Assembly: GCF_037042905.1 (NCBI RefSeq)
Contig: NC_087263.1
Coordinates: forward strand, 10,850,001-10,914,000
Reading direction: 5' to 3'
Origin: Lytechinus pictus
Lineage: Eukaryota
Length of the DNA stretch: 64,000 nucleotides
The notes under the pieces are model-generated. The model was not told where the DNA came from. It did not search any database and saw nothing but the letters and a program-made list of their open reading frames with translations. Position 1 is the stretch's first letter; each line of letters begins with the position of its first letter. A program made the translations under genes and the position numbers. Shown here one piece after another: positions 21,926 through 35,346 of the stretch.

Positions 21926-24304
21926 ATCATACTCTTTTCAATGTAATCAGCGACATTATAAGAACCCTAACAGATATGATAAAGGTGTAAATTCAAACCT
22001 TTCGTAATGTCAATCATTAAAGGTGAAAAGTTCCCCATATTAGGTGCAAACGAGCATTTATTGGTGCAAAAAATAATAAAGGTGGGAAAACTTTACGCTT
22101 TTTTAATCAAGATGCAAGATTACACCCCAAAGGTGCTGCCAATGTTTTATATAGGGTGCACACGTGGACGTGTATTTCTTATTGTGTACATTGTCTACGT
22201 GCTTTAGGAATATCATTGGAACAGGAAAAATACACACGACTACCTTGCTACAGTCTGACCTACGAATTCGACTCGGAAACAACCAATGATGTCTAATTCG
22301 AACTAACGTAATAACTGTGATCGGTGTGGAGTCGGTTACGTTCGGTGTGACTAACGCACAAGAAAGTATAGGTCACTTGTTTCGGTGAATAAATCGATAA
22401 GAAAATGGTTGGAATAAATTTGATCTTCTTTTTCTTTGTATTTACCAGGCTGGTATTTACTGCATGCGCACTTGACCAAACCAGCTCTTGAGCTGTAACT
22501 CATTTGTTTTCGTAAGTAAACCTTGAACTAGACGTAATTGATTTTTACAAGGCATTTTAAATTGAAGCGCGATGCATACTGCCGCAGATCTGTTTCGTCA
22601 TGAGGTATGTGCTTGTATACACTTTAAGTACGTTAAAGAAAAGACGCCACACTCCTCGGTTTTTGAAGCTTACTTGCGCAATAGATTTAAATGTGAAGTG
22701 TTCCATTTATTATGTATTTCGAAAGGATTGAACAGACAAGTAAAATATAGCTAAATATACAAGTTCGATAGTCTAAATGGTCTTTATCGTCATGTTTGTT
22801 ATATCATTTTGGCTTTGGACATTGCCTCCCTATGGCGTACAATTGTGTTACATTATACCTTGTGTAGTACTAGTCATTGTTAGGCAAACATGAAAATTTG
22901 ACAACTTTTACTTGCTGATGGTTCTTCTCATTGCAAGAGATCAAAAGGTGTAAGGAATATAACGAGCTATGATTCGATGGGCATCTTATGACGGGATTAA
23001 TATCAACTTTGGAACATCACGAACATTCGCGTGGTTATGTTTAATTTATTTCAACTGATATGCATTCAACTTTATTTGCAGACAAAAGACTAATCAAACT
23101 AAATTACAGAAAAAATCAGACGCAACTGAAATTTCAAGTAATCATTAAGGCATATTGTGGATCTGCCGTTGATGCCCTTAACAAAAAAAAATGCTTTTAA
23201 ATCCTTTCGTTCACTAGTTTACCAACTACTAGTTTGTAGATCTAATGAAAATAAGATATTTATTATATTTACAAAAACTACTAGCTGGTAAATTATTATA
23301 TTGCATTTACTTGCCCTCCATTCATTGAAGTTGCAAGGGAAATGGGGGTAAAAGATGAAAGAGATTTAACATACAAGTCACATGGTATCACGTGACATGA
23401 TCAGGTGACTTCACATCTAAAGGAGATATGAACTGAGCGGAGATGCATAACCGCAACCATATGAAAACAACGCAGCTCCCGCTCCAGTTGGAACGCACGC
23501 TGGTGAGTATCCCCAACCACAACTGTGTGCTCTGCCTATTAAGCACGAATGCCAAGTTTACCACGGCATCAATCACGGTGCAGCCTCAAAAGACGTAGGT
23601 TCATTGAAAAGTGCAAGCGGGGAAATTGTCTGTGAAAGAAAGCGTGTTTAGAAGCAGAAGAGGGCTGTTGCGGTGTTTCATTTCATCTTTATCGAGTAAG
23701 AAAAAAAATGACTGCCGCGTTCTTCTAGCAAAAGACGATTATCGTTGTAGAGCCGCCCACATGATCATGTTCTCCTAAGATTTTGAACACTTGTATTTGT
23801 TTCCGAGTTATATAAGATGGAAACCACCCCCCATCCCTTCCTGTGAAAAGGAAACGCTATTCAAACGTGACATGATTAATAGTTTGATATGAAAAGAATC
23901 CATTATTTATCCTCTCTTAGAGTAGATGAAACAGGACTTAATTTATTAATGAATTGTGTTGTTTAATCCTGCCGGCACACGCCATTGAGTTTTGTAATCA
24001 CTTGACTTTACAATGAGTGTTTTTTATTCGTTACCTTGCAAGATTAATGAGATGCAATTGCCAACGGTTCAAGCACTTTGAAGCGACTTGTTGTTAAGGT
24101 TAAATATATCGAATAAAAGCTTTAGTCTATACCTTGACGAAGTTACCGTCATTCGGCATTATGAAAAATGAATAAAACACGATGAAGTATTCCATTTGTA
24201 ACTCGTTAAATTTCTCAGTAATTCATTGGTTTTTAGTATTTCCCTTTTTACAGCCCTTTCTTTTTTCACTACTGGTTGATCAGAGAAAAGAGCAATATTT
24301 TTTC

Positions 24305-24547
24305 AATCTGTGAACGAATTTTTCGGCATTACTCCTATGTGCTTAAGATTGCATGCTCGATCTGTAATGAAAATCATAAGTCAGAAAAAAATTGAACCAG
24401 CGGGATTTGAACCTGTCATCTACTTGCCGGGTAGCGACTCAACCACCAGGCTATTATTTTTTCCTGACTTATGATTTTCATAACAGATCGAGCATGCGAT
24501 CTTAAACACAGGAGTAATGTCGGAATTTAAAAAATTGTTCACAAATT
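24305..24547 (-). mobile_element. Foldback element: ~88-bp inverted arms enclosing a tRNA-like Pol III unit
   Basis: Arms at 24305-24392 and 24456-24547. The loop on the minus strand reads TAGCCTGGTGG (A box)...GGTTCAAATCC (B box), then T7. Confidence 0.75.
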
Positions 24548-26423
24548 ATTATTACCTCCTATTAAAGCCTCTTTATTTACTATTTTTCAATCTGTATGGA
24601 GAAAGCGATATTGAAGTTTGCCCAATGAAGGTATATTTACTTTGCATTCCGTTGATGTACATGTATTTGGTATTTTCATAATTCCGGGGATCGATAAAGA
24701 ATTGTTTATCGAAAACTCAAAACACGCACAATTTTTCTGACTTGTGTTGTCAAGAAGTACTACAAAAGAGTGGGATAAAAGTTCTTTATTTAGCTTGGCC
24801 TTAGTAATGGCTAATACATTCTCCTAAAAAAATGAGATAAAGAATTTATGTTTTATATTATGATGGAAGGTACACTGAGCGAGTACTTTTATATTTCAAC
24901 ACTTTATGCATTTTCCCTATTCCTTTACAATTCGAGTAATTACCTACATTTAATATTTTCTACCCATATCTCCATCTGTCTCGCTTCCATCTTGAACCAT
25001 TTCCTTTCTTTTATCCCGTTTCTGTCCGTCTCTCTCTCTCTCTCTTATATATGAAGTGCATGTATATCTGTGTGTGTGTGTTCTTTATTTTCTCGCGTTT
25101 TGTCGCCAGAGTACCATACATATCCTTTTATCGCAGATTTTTTTTAAACCACTTTCTTCTGTCCAGATTCACCAGGTTCGAGCTTCTCGTCCATGTTTTG
25201 TTTTTGATGTTGTTTTTCTTAGGCAAATCATGATATTACATTTCCCCGTTTCTTTTTGTTCTTTTTTGTCAATGGGTACGCAGATTACCCATTTCACATT
25301 GACCTTTGTAATTTTCCTACTTTTGGAATATTTCCCATTGACTTGATTATTACCATCTACCAGCATGTTCTGATATTTATTGTCATGTGTCCTTTTTATT
25401 AACAGATGTCATTACAAGTCAGGGCCGTCCCGTGTTAATATCCTCGTTTTAATTCACCTTTTATCCCCTTTGTTTGTTCGGGGAAGCAACGGGATATTAT
25501 GGGGTTTTGGCTGATTAATTTAAGCGAAACTACCAGAGCGTACAAATGCCAGTTGGGGAATCTTTATCGCCGATATATAAAAAACTGATATTTAAATTGT
25601 TAATCTGTTAATGACTGGTTTCTCTCCAGTACAAGTGTGCTCGATTCAGTGCACATCCTTGCAGGTATTCGACACTTGATTAGTATTGTATTGCCTTTTG
25701 CAATATTAATGACCCACAATTAATACTGATATGCACCTATTCAACCAAAGACTGCCAACAGCGCTCCGGTGAGAAGCCGAGAGAGAGAGAGGGAGAGAGA
25801 TCAGTCATGTGTGTCTTATGAAACGAAATACAGATATAGCCCATAAGTTCTTTGTAAGTATAAGAGTAATTTATTTTATCCGAAGATTTTAATTTTTTGC
25901 CACAGTTAAAAAAATCATCAAGAAGTTACAAATCTAGCACCAAGAAAAAAAATAAGATAAAGAAAAAGAAAGGAGAATTGGTAAAATAGAATTATTTTTT
26001 TAAAGCATACGGTCTAAATAAATCACGAATTTTGTTGTTTCTTTCAAGAGGGTCAACATTAGCGCTCGCTCTCATCGCTCACTCGCGACAATTTAACGTT
26101 TTTCTCCATTAGCCATGTATTGCCACGTCATTTTTTTTTTCATTACGCTTACCCTCCAAATTGACTGAATATATATTATACCAAATGCGTCATATCCCTA
26201 ATCCATTTATTAATCTCTCAAAGTAAGTCTCCTTTTAGAAATACAAAATACATCTGCTTGAACATTGCATTACGGTCTAATAAAGCATTGGCATTAATTT
26301 CACATTAATGGCGGATCATGAACCAAGAAATAATTATCTTGCAAATTATGTTTCATATTAATCAACTCTAAGCCGAAAATACACTTCCCTTAGACGTGCT
26401 AGATGATATGAGCAATATCAGGT

Positions 26424-26537
26424 AGGTTACAGTCACACCAAGCGAATCTGTATCCAAACCGGCCAATGAAATGTCATTGGAAATAACCGATAGCTTCGAT
26501 CGGTCTGGAGTCGGTCTCGGCGTTGTGTGACTGCGAC
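26424..26537. mobile_element. Degraded small MITE (family also at ~22250-22352 and 54827-54941)
   Basis: CAGTCACAC...GTGTGACTG termini with shared internal TCCAAACCG...TCGGTCTGGAG. Confidence 0.45.
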
Positions 26538-26774
26538 GTTGGGTCGCAGTTTCTTGGTAAGCCGTGGCGTAGCAGAAGACGCAGCCCAGAAAATGTCGCT
26601 AATCAGGTAAACAGACGTAACTAATGTCATTCTAATTATTTCGGCATTCGGTAAAAGGAAGGTAATTTGAACTTTTGGGTCAGCGTATTGGAACGTACTC
26701 AAAACAAACGCGATAACCGTGTGCGTGGTCAACGAGGTTTAGAGTTCATATGAAGGTGCATGACGCCGCTGTTA

Positions 26775-27345
26775 AAGAGAGAGAGAGAGGAAGAGGGGGG
26801 GGGGTAGATGAAGATGGAGAGAGGACGAGGAAGGGAGAGAAGAAGGAAAGCATAGAGGGACAAAGATAGAAAGGTAAAGGGCATACAGACGCAGAGAGAG
26901 AAAGAGACATAGCGGGACAAAACGGGAAAAAGACGGCGAGAAAGACAGACACACGAAGAAAAAAACAGAGTCAGAGAGATAAAAAAAGAGAGTGAAAGGG
27001 ACAAGATGGTAGAAAAGAAGAAGAAGACAAAGAGGAAGAAGGAGTAAGAAAGAAAGAAAAAAAGAAAGGAAGAAAGTAAAAAAGAAAGTAAGAAAGAAAG
27101 AAAGAAAGGAAGACAAAATAATGAAGATTGTATATAGAAATAGGGAGAGAGAAAAAGATACAGGAAGATATAGGTCTAAGTCGTGCGTATAATCACGCCT
27201 AATCGTAAACAAGAAAGCATGTTGGCCGATTGGAAACTGATACCGCTCTCCCTCACGCTCCCTCTCTTCTCATCTCTCTCTCTCTTTCTGCCACACACTC
27301 ACACACACACACACACACACACCCATTACAAACACACACACCCTC
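26775..27345. repeat. Purine-rich (AG/GAAA)n tract followed by (CT)n/(CA)n microsatellites
   Basis: Direct reading. Confidence 0.85.
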
Positions 27346-27956
27346 ACACTCTCATTCCCCCTTTCCGTCCTTCAATCAACTTTCAAAATAATTCTACATG
27401 TTCTTTGTCAGGCACGTTTCACCATGCCATATAGGACCCCGATCCCAGCCGCTAACTTCATCCAAACAAGTGGCAAATCTTCGCATCATATCCATTTTGA
27501 TATGACGTTGTCCTTTATTGACCCGTTATCGAACTATTTCTAGGAGTCTCTCGGAAATTTATAGAACAATAGAATATTTTGGGGGCTTTATTTTGCATTT
27601 AAGTAATTAAATTTCTCAATAAATATGCTGGAGTACTTTGGTAAATAGTGCGTAAATGTATATATGTTATTATCAATGATAATAACCTGCTTTAACCTTT
27701 TGACGTCGGAGTTAAACCCAGGGGCTGTGGGCTGTGACGATGCGAGACCGGTCCCGATTCCCTAGAAATTAATCGGCTTCGGTTGATGAGTTTCGCTTTA
27801 TATCCATAGTAATCGCTTAATTTTTATGTAAATCAGTTCTATTTAAATTCTGGAAACGCAACTAGTAAGCCAAGTTTGATAGTCATTGATAAGTTTGTTT
27901 TTTTGCGCACGAGACGCACTCTCTACATGCAAAATAGCAAATATATTCCCTAATCA

Positions 27957-28189
27957 CACTGCAAAAACTCCGGTGTTGATTTAACACCAGTATGTATGTC
28001 CACACCAGAGAAGTATTGAAACAACGCCAGTTTGGAATCAAACCGATGCTGTTTTAAAACAAATTGGTGCTGTATAAGCACCTATCTGGTATTAAACTAA
28101 TACCAAACCGGTATTGTTTAACACTTCTCTGGTGTGGACATATATAGAGTCCGGGCTGGTGTTAAATCAACACCGGAGTTTTTGCAGTG
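27957..28189. mobile_element. CACTA/EnSpm-type MITE (CACTG termini, CA TSD), copy 1
   Basis: CACTGCAAAAACTCCGGTGTTGATTTAACACCAG / CTGGTGTTAAATCAACACCGGAGTTTTTGCAGTG with CA on both flanks. Homologue at 50648-50896. Confidence 0.9.
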
Positions 28190-28663
28190 CACACTCCTCT
28201 TGGAGTGATACTAGGCACCAATCCCTTTGGAGTGAACTGTACATCATTTAAGAGTACATTGTGACTCCTTTAGGAGTAAACTGCAAGAAGAACCTCCTGA
28301 ACTACTAACATCTCTCATCTCGGATGGCAACTGCAGAAATAAAACCGAAATGTCACTGTTCGTGAACACAGAACAAAGAATAGTGATTATTGTTACATGT
28401 AGATCTTGGATGACATCTAAACTACATAACACGATTTTCAGACATATTATGAATGATGGAAAACCGATGAAATCGGACTTGTTTTTCACGATTTAGATTG
28501 CCTCCTAATACTGATATATATGTTCTTCTTTTTCGTCGCTGCATCATTCTCTTTTTCTCTTCTACAAGTGTCTGGAAATGTATACAATAAATCCAAAAAG
28601 AAATGAAACGGGATTTCAGATAAAAATATCAAAATAATTAAACGTGTTTTCATAAGCGTCATA

Positions 28664-28996
28664 CGCGGCGTGATGGTACAGCGATTCTGACGCTCGCCTT
28701 GTAACCAGAGGGTCGTGTGTTCGAATCCCACCATGGCCTAGCGTCTTTGGCAAGGCGTCAATCCCCACTTTGCCACTCTAACCCGGTGCTTATTGGGTAC
28801 CGGTAGGAAACAACTGTCACTGTGGTTGGTTTATCAAGTGTGCGCCCCACAGGCTGCTTGAAACATGAGAAAAGTTAAAAATCCAGTGACCGGGTAATGA
28901 TAATTGTGAAGCGCTTTGATCAGTCGTAGATTGATATCGCGCTATATATAAAAGTGAATTATTATGATGATGATGATGATTATTATTATTATTATT
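28664..28996 (+). mobile_element. tRNA-derived SINE (divergent subfamily)
   Basis: B box GTTCGAATCCC, core TCTTTGGCAAGGC...TGGGTACCGG, tail GCGCTATATATAAAAG...(TAT/GAT)n. Confidence 0.8.
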
Positions 28997-30207
28997 TCGG
29001 TTTTGACTCGGAATATGACACAGGTCAAATGTCCTCTTTGATTTGAAACAATAAATTATTAATGCAATCATGCACGGCACAATAAGAGTTCTTGGATCGT
29101 GCAATCATGGTATGATATCAATGTCTTGTTGGAAAGGCAAGATGGCCTGCGAGTGACTTTTGGGGCTCTGCTTTTGTGTGTTTTGTTCATTGAAGAAATA
29201 ATGATATTATTTGAGATGAACGAATTGGCAATATCATTTGAACCCCCTCCCCTAACTTGCTTTATATTGCATGGCTATAGCAGGTGGCTCTTAACAACCC
29301 CTATCTATATGGCGCCGTTATAAGAGAGGGAATACGACGAGGATTGTGTTTTGTTTTCTCTCGTTCTCTCTGTCTGTCTTTTTTTTTTTTTTTTGAATTC
29401 TTTTCTTTAAAAAAAGATTTGCTGTTGTGGAATACATTTTTTGTTTACCATGATTTCTATTCAATAATTGCTTAAACTGTATTATTATTTTCTGCCCCCC
29501 CCCAAAAAAAAAAAAGACCAGTAAAACAATTTTCGTTGCAGCTGAAAGAGCTATCAGCCGTAATTATGTAAAGCTTCGCAAACGTAGGATTGTATGACCT
29601 TTTATCTCATACAGGAATAAGAACCATGAAGTGAAGAGCCATTTTTTGTGAAATTATGTCAAGTGGTAAAAAGTATACGAAAACTCTAATAAACAATACA
29701 GATCATTAATATAAAATAAAGTACACAAGCGATGTACGTATAATCTCTACACGATGTTTACCGAATAAAAGCAAAAATAAAAACAGCAACAACGACGGTA
29801 GAAGGTAAATGCACTTTTGACTCGCTTGCACGATAATTAGGATTTTCGCATAAATCTACATCTTGTTTTGCCAAAAACATTTACTGTGAGGTTACGCCGG
29901 TTTCTGCGGATAACGCCCACGTAACGAGAACCATTATATATTCCAAGATGCTTTCCCGCAAGACGGAAATTGTACAAATGAACGTAGTAAAATATCTATG
30001 AAAGAAATTGAATATTGATGCAGATGCTGTTTACATGCAAACCTGGTTTGAATTTCATTTGGAACTTGGATTATATCACCCCTCTTTCTCTTTTCTTGGT
30101 CTTAAACGCGATTGAGATAAATATGATATTGTCATCTGAATATACTTCATTCAACAGTCCATTAACATGATCAGATGATTACACATTTTATACTCCTCGT
30201 CCATCTC

Positions 30208-30551
30208 CATAAAAATGGTTAGACAAAAATAATAAAAATTAACGCTCAAATGATTGGTCCTTTTAAAGGAAGACTATATCACAACAGTTAGTATAATGAT
30301 GGGCGAGAAGAAAAGTGAATTCTTTATTAGGTAGTACGCCCCTCTTTCCTCTTTTGACTCCATTCCAATTTTAAAGAGCTTCATAAAAATGGTTAGACAA
30401 AAATAATAAAAATTAACGTTTTAATGATTGGTCCTTTTAAAGGAAGACTATGTCACAACAGTTATTATAATGATGGGCGAGAAGAAAAGTGAATTCATTA
30501 TAAGGTAATACGCCCCTCTTTTCTCTTTTGACTCAATTCCAATTTTAAAGA
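30208..30551. repeat. Local tandem duplication, 174-bp period, 2 copies
   Basis: 30208-30381 and 30382-30551 both start CATAAAAATGGTTAGACAAAAA and differ by about ten substitutions. Confidence 0.9.
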
Positions 30552-32425
30552 TCAATAAAACAAGTAAATGAAAATAGAAATGATGTCACAGTTATCATGT
30601 TGATAGTTGACCCCCACCTCCCACCAAAAAAAACACACTGATATTCCGTATACTCATGATAGTTGTCGAAATTTAAGTGTTATAGTCTTTCCTATTTTAT
30701 TTTTCTTTCCTTATTTTTAAAATGAAAAGTCCAACCAAATGAGATAATAACAATCTAAGTAAAAAAACGGCAAATAGCACAATAATTACAACTGACCATG
30801 CACATAAATTTATTGCTTAAGTTTACTGTCAAGTTTGAGCGGTATAGACATTTCTTGGTTTCCATCTTTAAATGTATATTCCAGAATTTGGCTCTGTAAA
30901 AATGATACCCATACAAAAGATATCCATAATTGAACTAACGTCCGTTTGAATTCCGACGCAAAAATGATTCAATTTTAAATATTTTGTCATGGCAACGATA
31001 GCTGTAGTCTGTGAAGCTGTGGTTCATTTATTTGACAAACACGTTTGTTACTTGACCTCAATCGAAATTATGCAAGAGCTTTGATTTTAAAGGTATGCAA
31101 ATTCAGGGCCTATCCTTGACCTTCCCCAAAAAAGGATGGCAGCAGAATAATTCGATTGATATTTAAGCTGATCCACGGGTTGTTCTTATTTATTGTTAGA
31201 TAAGATTATGGTTTGATAAATACGATTACACAATCAAGTCTCTTCTTTGTCACACTCTTTCGAATATGAAAATGTTAATGAAGACGTTTCCCAAATCCCC
31301 AATTACTACGCGTAAGTTCAGAAGGGGAAGGGGGTGGGTATAACAAAGAGAGGTCCGAACATATACCATAGATAGTATTGAACTGATATAAAATTGAACT
31401 GACATGCAGTTTCTTACGAAGTCGCCATGACGACATTTAACTTTATAGTTCTAAACTTTCGCACACGTCTTGCATATCGCCATATCGACTTGCAACTTCA
31501 CATGTCGTCGCAAGGATAGTACATCGACAAGACACGATATAATACCTCGCCATCGACTCTAGAGGAGTGGCCAGCTTCTGTAAAATAAAAGAAGGAAGAA
31601 AAACGCAAGCAGGGAGGAACAAACTTTACAGAAATAGAACATCTTTGGTCTTTATATATTGATTGAGGTATGAGGTCGGGCATTCCGGCCGGCGTATCTG
31701 ATGGCAATTCGAAGGATAGGGTATATCTCCAGCACTGAATTGACCAAAATGATGTGATTTTTCATTCCGATTATCAAGGTGATGTTGTATTTGCCAATTG
31801 TCCGTCGTGATTTGTTTTCCACTTTGTGTAACGTCGAAGATCTTTATCTTACCACTCTCTCCATCTTCTCCAAATAAACAAAAATTTATATATAAATACT
31901 GATGTGATTATCATGGGGGTATTATACCGCTTTAGTCAATAGTTGCATAGTATTCTTTTCAGACTGATATTTTGCCCATATCTTTCATTTTGGCACCATG
32001 GACAACCAAGTTTGGAGTTCGCTTAAAGGCATTTATTAGGCGAGCATTAAAAAGTTGTTATTATTATGTTTCCATTATATCACATCGCTAATTTTTTCAT
32101 TTGTCTGATGTGCATGATTGTAGATAAGTATAAAAGGATTAACCAATCTCATTAGGAGACATCGTGTCTGGAGCTATTAAAATAAACAGTTTTTGTACAA
32201 ACAGTATTGTTTTAATTACAAGGATATTCATCCAACGCATTAAACATATATCATTGGCGAACAAACGAAAATGCCGTAGGCCTAGGTTTAGAATTGACTC
32301 CTTCTCTTCCAAATACTTTGAAACCTGTAATGATGGGACTGTCCGGTTTTACTTCATAGTAGGCAATGGGTTAAGATGGCGTTGAAGGATGTGCCAATAT
32401 TCAGGCAACTGCAAGTTCGAGGCAG

Positions 32426-33163
32426 TTTTTATACGCCCGTCCTAGACGGGACGTATTATGGTATCACGCTCGGTGTTCGTCTGCCTGACCGTTAACTTTT
32501 CCTTGTAAACGCGATAACTTCAGTGTAACTTAGTCTAGGCTCATATGATTTGGTATGTATGATACAAGCATAAATCCCAGGAAGCCTATTGATTTTTAGG
32601 TCAAAAGATCAAGGTCACAGTGAGATGTTTTTTAACCCTTTTGCAGTCCTTGTAAACGCGATGACTTCAACTTAACTCTACCCATGCTCATATAATTTGT
32701 TGTGTATAATTACTAGCAAGGATCCCAGGAAGCCTTTTGATTTTGGGGTCAAAAGATCAAAGGTCAAGGTCACAGTGACATGTTTTCATCTTACCCTTCT
32801 GCAGTCCTTGTAAACGCGATAACCTCAGTTTAACTTAACCTAGGCTCATATAATTTATTGTGTATGATACTAGCATCAATTCTAAGTAGCCTTTTGATTT
32901 TGAGGCCAAAAGGTCAAAGTTCAAGGTCACAGTGACATGATTTTATGTTACCCTTCTCAAGTCTTTGTAAACGCGATCACTTCAGATTTAATTAACCTAG
33001 GCTCATATATCTTGGTGTGTATGATACTAGCATGGATCCCAGGTATTCTATCGATTTGGAGATCAAAAGATCAAAGGTCAGGTCGCCACCTTCCACTTTA
33101 CTTGCTTGACCAATAACTCAATTTTCCACGTTACAGGCGGGTGTATTCTTGTGTTTTTTTTTT
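32426..33163 (+). mobile_element. Helentron-associated (HINE/DINE-1/pearl-like) element with internal ~157-bp tandem repeats
   Basis: 5' T-run plus TATACGCCCGT subTIR and hairpin (CCCGTCCTAGACGGG), GTCT/GCCT microsatellite remnant, ~3.8 repeats starting at 32501, 32648, 32806 and 32963, then 3' subTIR GGCGGGTGTAT and a T-run. Confidence 0.75.
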
Positions 33164-33621
33164 CCAGCAGACCTTGAAGAATAAGAGTGATTTTAAGGTT
33201 CGCATCTGATGGTCCCCCGTTGCCATCCACATGTAAAGACAGTATGAAAACACCAACACATGCCAATAACCACACACAACACCCTCACGCACATTCTACC
33301 AGTGCACTCGAACCGCACACATACCATCCTCATATCACAACCACAGAATCACACACACACGCGCACATAACCTACGCAATCATAATTTATCCACAAACCG
33401 GCAGGCAGACATTATCGCACAACCTCACACATCGCATAACCCCATACACACACCCGACAACCTCACACACCCACACCCACCATATGATATGCCATCACCC
33501 ATACACATGCACAAACGCACACACCCACACACACATCGTGTTTAAAGACGAAAGCATACGAGAGCGCGAACTGCGAACTTGTTCACAAAAAATTATGACA
33601 TTTAAACCTGCATGAAGTGTG

Positions 33622-33818
33622 CACTCTTAAAAAGGTTAGGCAAAACATGCCCCAAAATCCACACAACTATTGGTTAAAATTTGTCCAAATTGGGTAATAA
33701 TAATAATTGGGTTATAAATTTCCTCAATTAGATAATAATTGTCCAGAATATATATATTTTTTACCAACATACATTACCCAACACAGTGGACAGTATGTTG
33801 CCCAACATTTTAAGTGTG
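33622..33818. mobile_element. CACTC-terminated CACTA-type MITE (TG TSD)
   Basis: CACTCTTAAAAAGGTTAGGCAA...TTGCCCAACATTTTAAGTGTG; related to 49563-49710. Confidence 0.7.
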
Positions 33819-34785
33819 TGGCATACATGGCATGTATGTTTCCACGAATCGTTCATCGTTTGGCGGTTTGAATATCGAGGCAGAGCATCAGAAATTACTT
33901 CTGACGTTATGAATGATGAATGGATGAAGGTGTTGAAGAAACTCGATTTATGTCCTTGAAAAAAAATAAATACATCTCTCCATCTTGATTGAGCTGAATA
34001 CACGAAATATCGAGAAACCTCCTGATTTTTCTAACGATGAACATCATTTTAAAAGGTTTTTTTTTTTTTTTCTTTACTGGGCCTGTAATTGCTTGCCAAT
34101 ATTAGGGAAAATTGATGAATCTGGGTTGACAATCATTCCTGTTTGTGTGTGAATTTGAGTCTGTCATATTCTCAGACATTTCATCTTCGATTCATAATCT
34201 TCTGACCTAGATAGTTTTTTGTCTACTTCTTTCTTTAAAAAAAAGAAGAAGATATATGGGTTCCCTTAAAATTGACTTTTTCCTCCCTTTTTGGTAAATT
34301 GGTTCCCTTGGTTATGAAAGGTCAACGGTGACGAAATTAAACCACTTACGATTGGTCGTGCGACTGGTTGCGAACACTTGGTTTAATCGCAATGGTTGGT
34401 CGCAAAAGGCTACAATTGCCATCGATCTGATGACGTCATTGAACTGACGAGATCACCTAACAAGCCTAAATGCCGTTACACATTGGACGGTTCAATACAT
34501 CCTAATCCACAAATCTCTGGATCACAACTAAAATCGGTTTCTACTGGAAGTTAACGGTAGCTCACAGCCGCTGTTATCAACATAATAAATATAAATGTCC
34601 CACCACTTTTGTTTTTCTTCGAAGCATTTTTTCAATTTATTGTACTAAGTAACTGAATACTTTAGGTTTTTTTCTAGACATGTTCACTTTTTCAACTTTC
34701 TATGTAATTGAATCATTTGTTGTTGTTTATCACGCATGTATTATAGTGAATTGTAAAAGAAAAAAACGAGTGTTAAAAATAAATT

Positions 34786-35346
34786 CAAATCAAACGTAAA
34801 GACCATACCTTCAATACAACGGTGGATGTAAGGAATAATAACGATGATATTATGCAACATTTATATACATGTAGCGTTTAATACAAATGTTTCTAAGCGC
34901 TGCATACTATTGACCCGGAATTTGAAATCGAAGGCATGCTAGAGTTGCTACCGCCTTGAAAATTTGATTCTCGTGTGATTTCCCTTTAGGATTTATATTG
35001 TCAAACACGATTTCTCCAAAGAAAGCAAAGAAACAGACACGAAGGAAATAACTTATTGAAAGAATAATGGACGAAGTTATACCTATTGATTTAGTGGATA
35101 AAAAGTATATATTTGCGTTCGATGGATTTGAGCGTATAGGCCTGTTGATTTTGATTTTCCAGTAGACACAACAGGTACACATGCCGACGCAGTTCTCGTG
35201 CAAAACACATGAATTATGCCTTTTTATAATCTATAATTCGAATCAAACCAAGACAAATCAAACGTAATGACCATACTCTTCAATACACTGGTGGATGTAA
35301 GGAATAATAACGATAATAATATCCAACATACATATAGCGCTCAATA
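34786..35346. repeat. Old ~95-bp direct repeats (34786-34883, 35254-35346) that include a SINE 3'-tail remnant
   Basis: CAAATCAAACGTAA...GGTGGATGTAAGGAATAATAACGAT occurs in both. 34845-34918 is the reverse complement of the tail of SINE 10667-10938. Confidence 0.65.

Noticed and set aside
26729-27434. Hydrophobic F/L/S-rich ORFs
   Set aside because: Translations of AG/CT/CA microsatellites.
33187-33615. 142-aa His/Thr-rich ORF
   Set aside because: Degenerate (CA)n tract with no domain signal.
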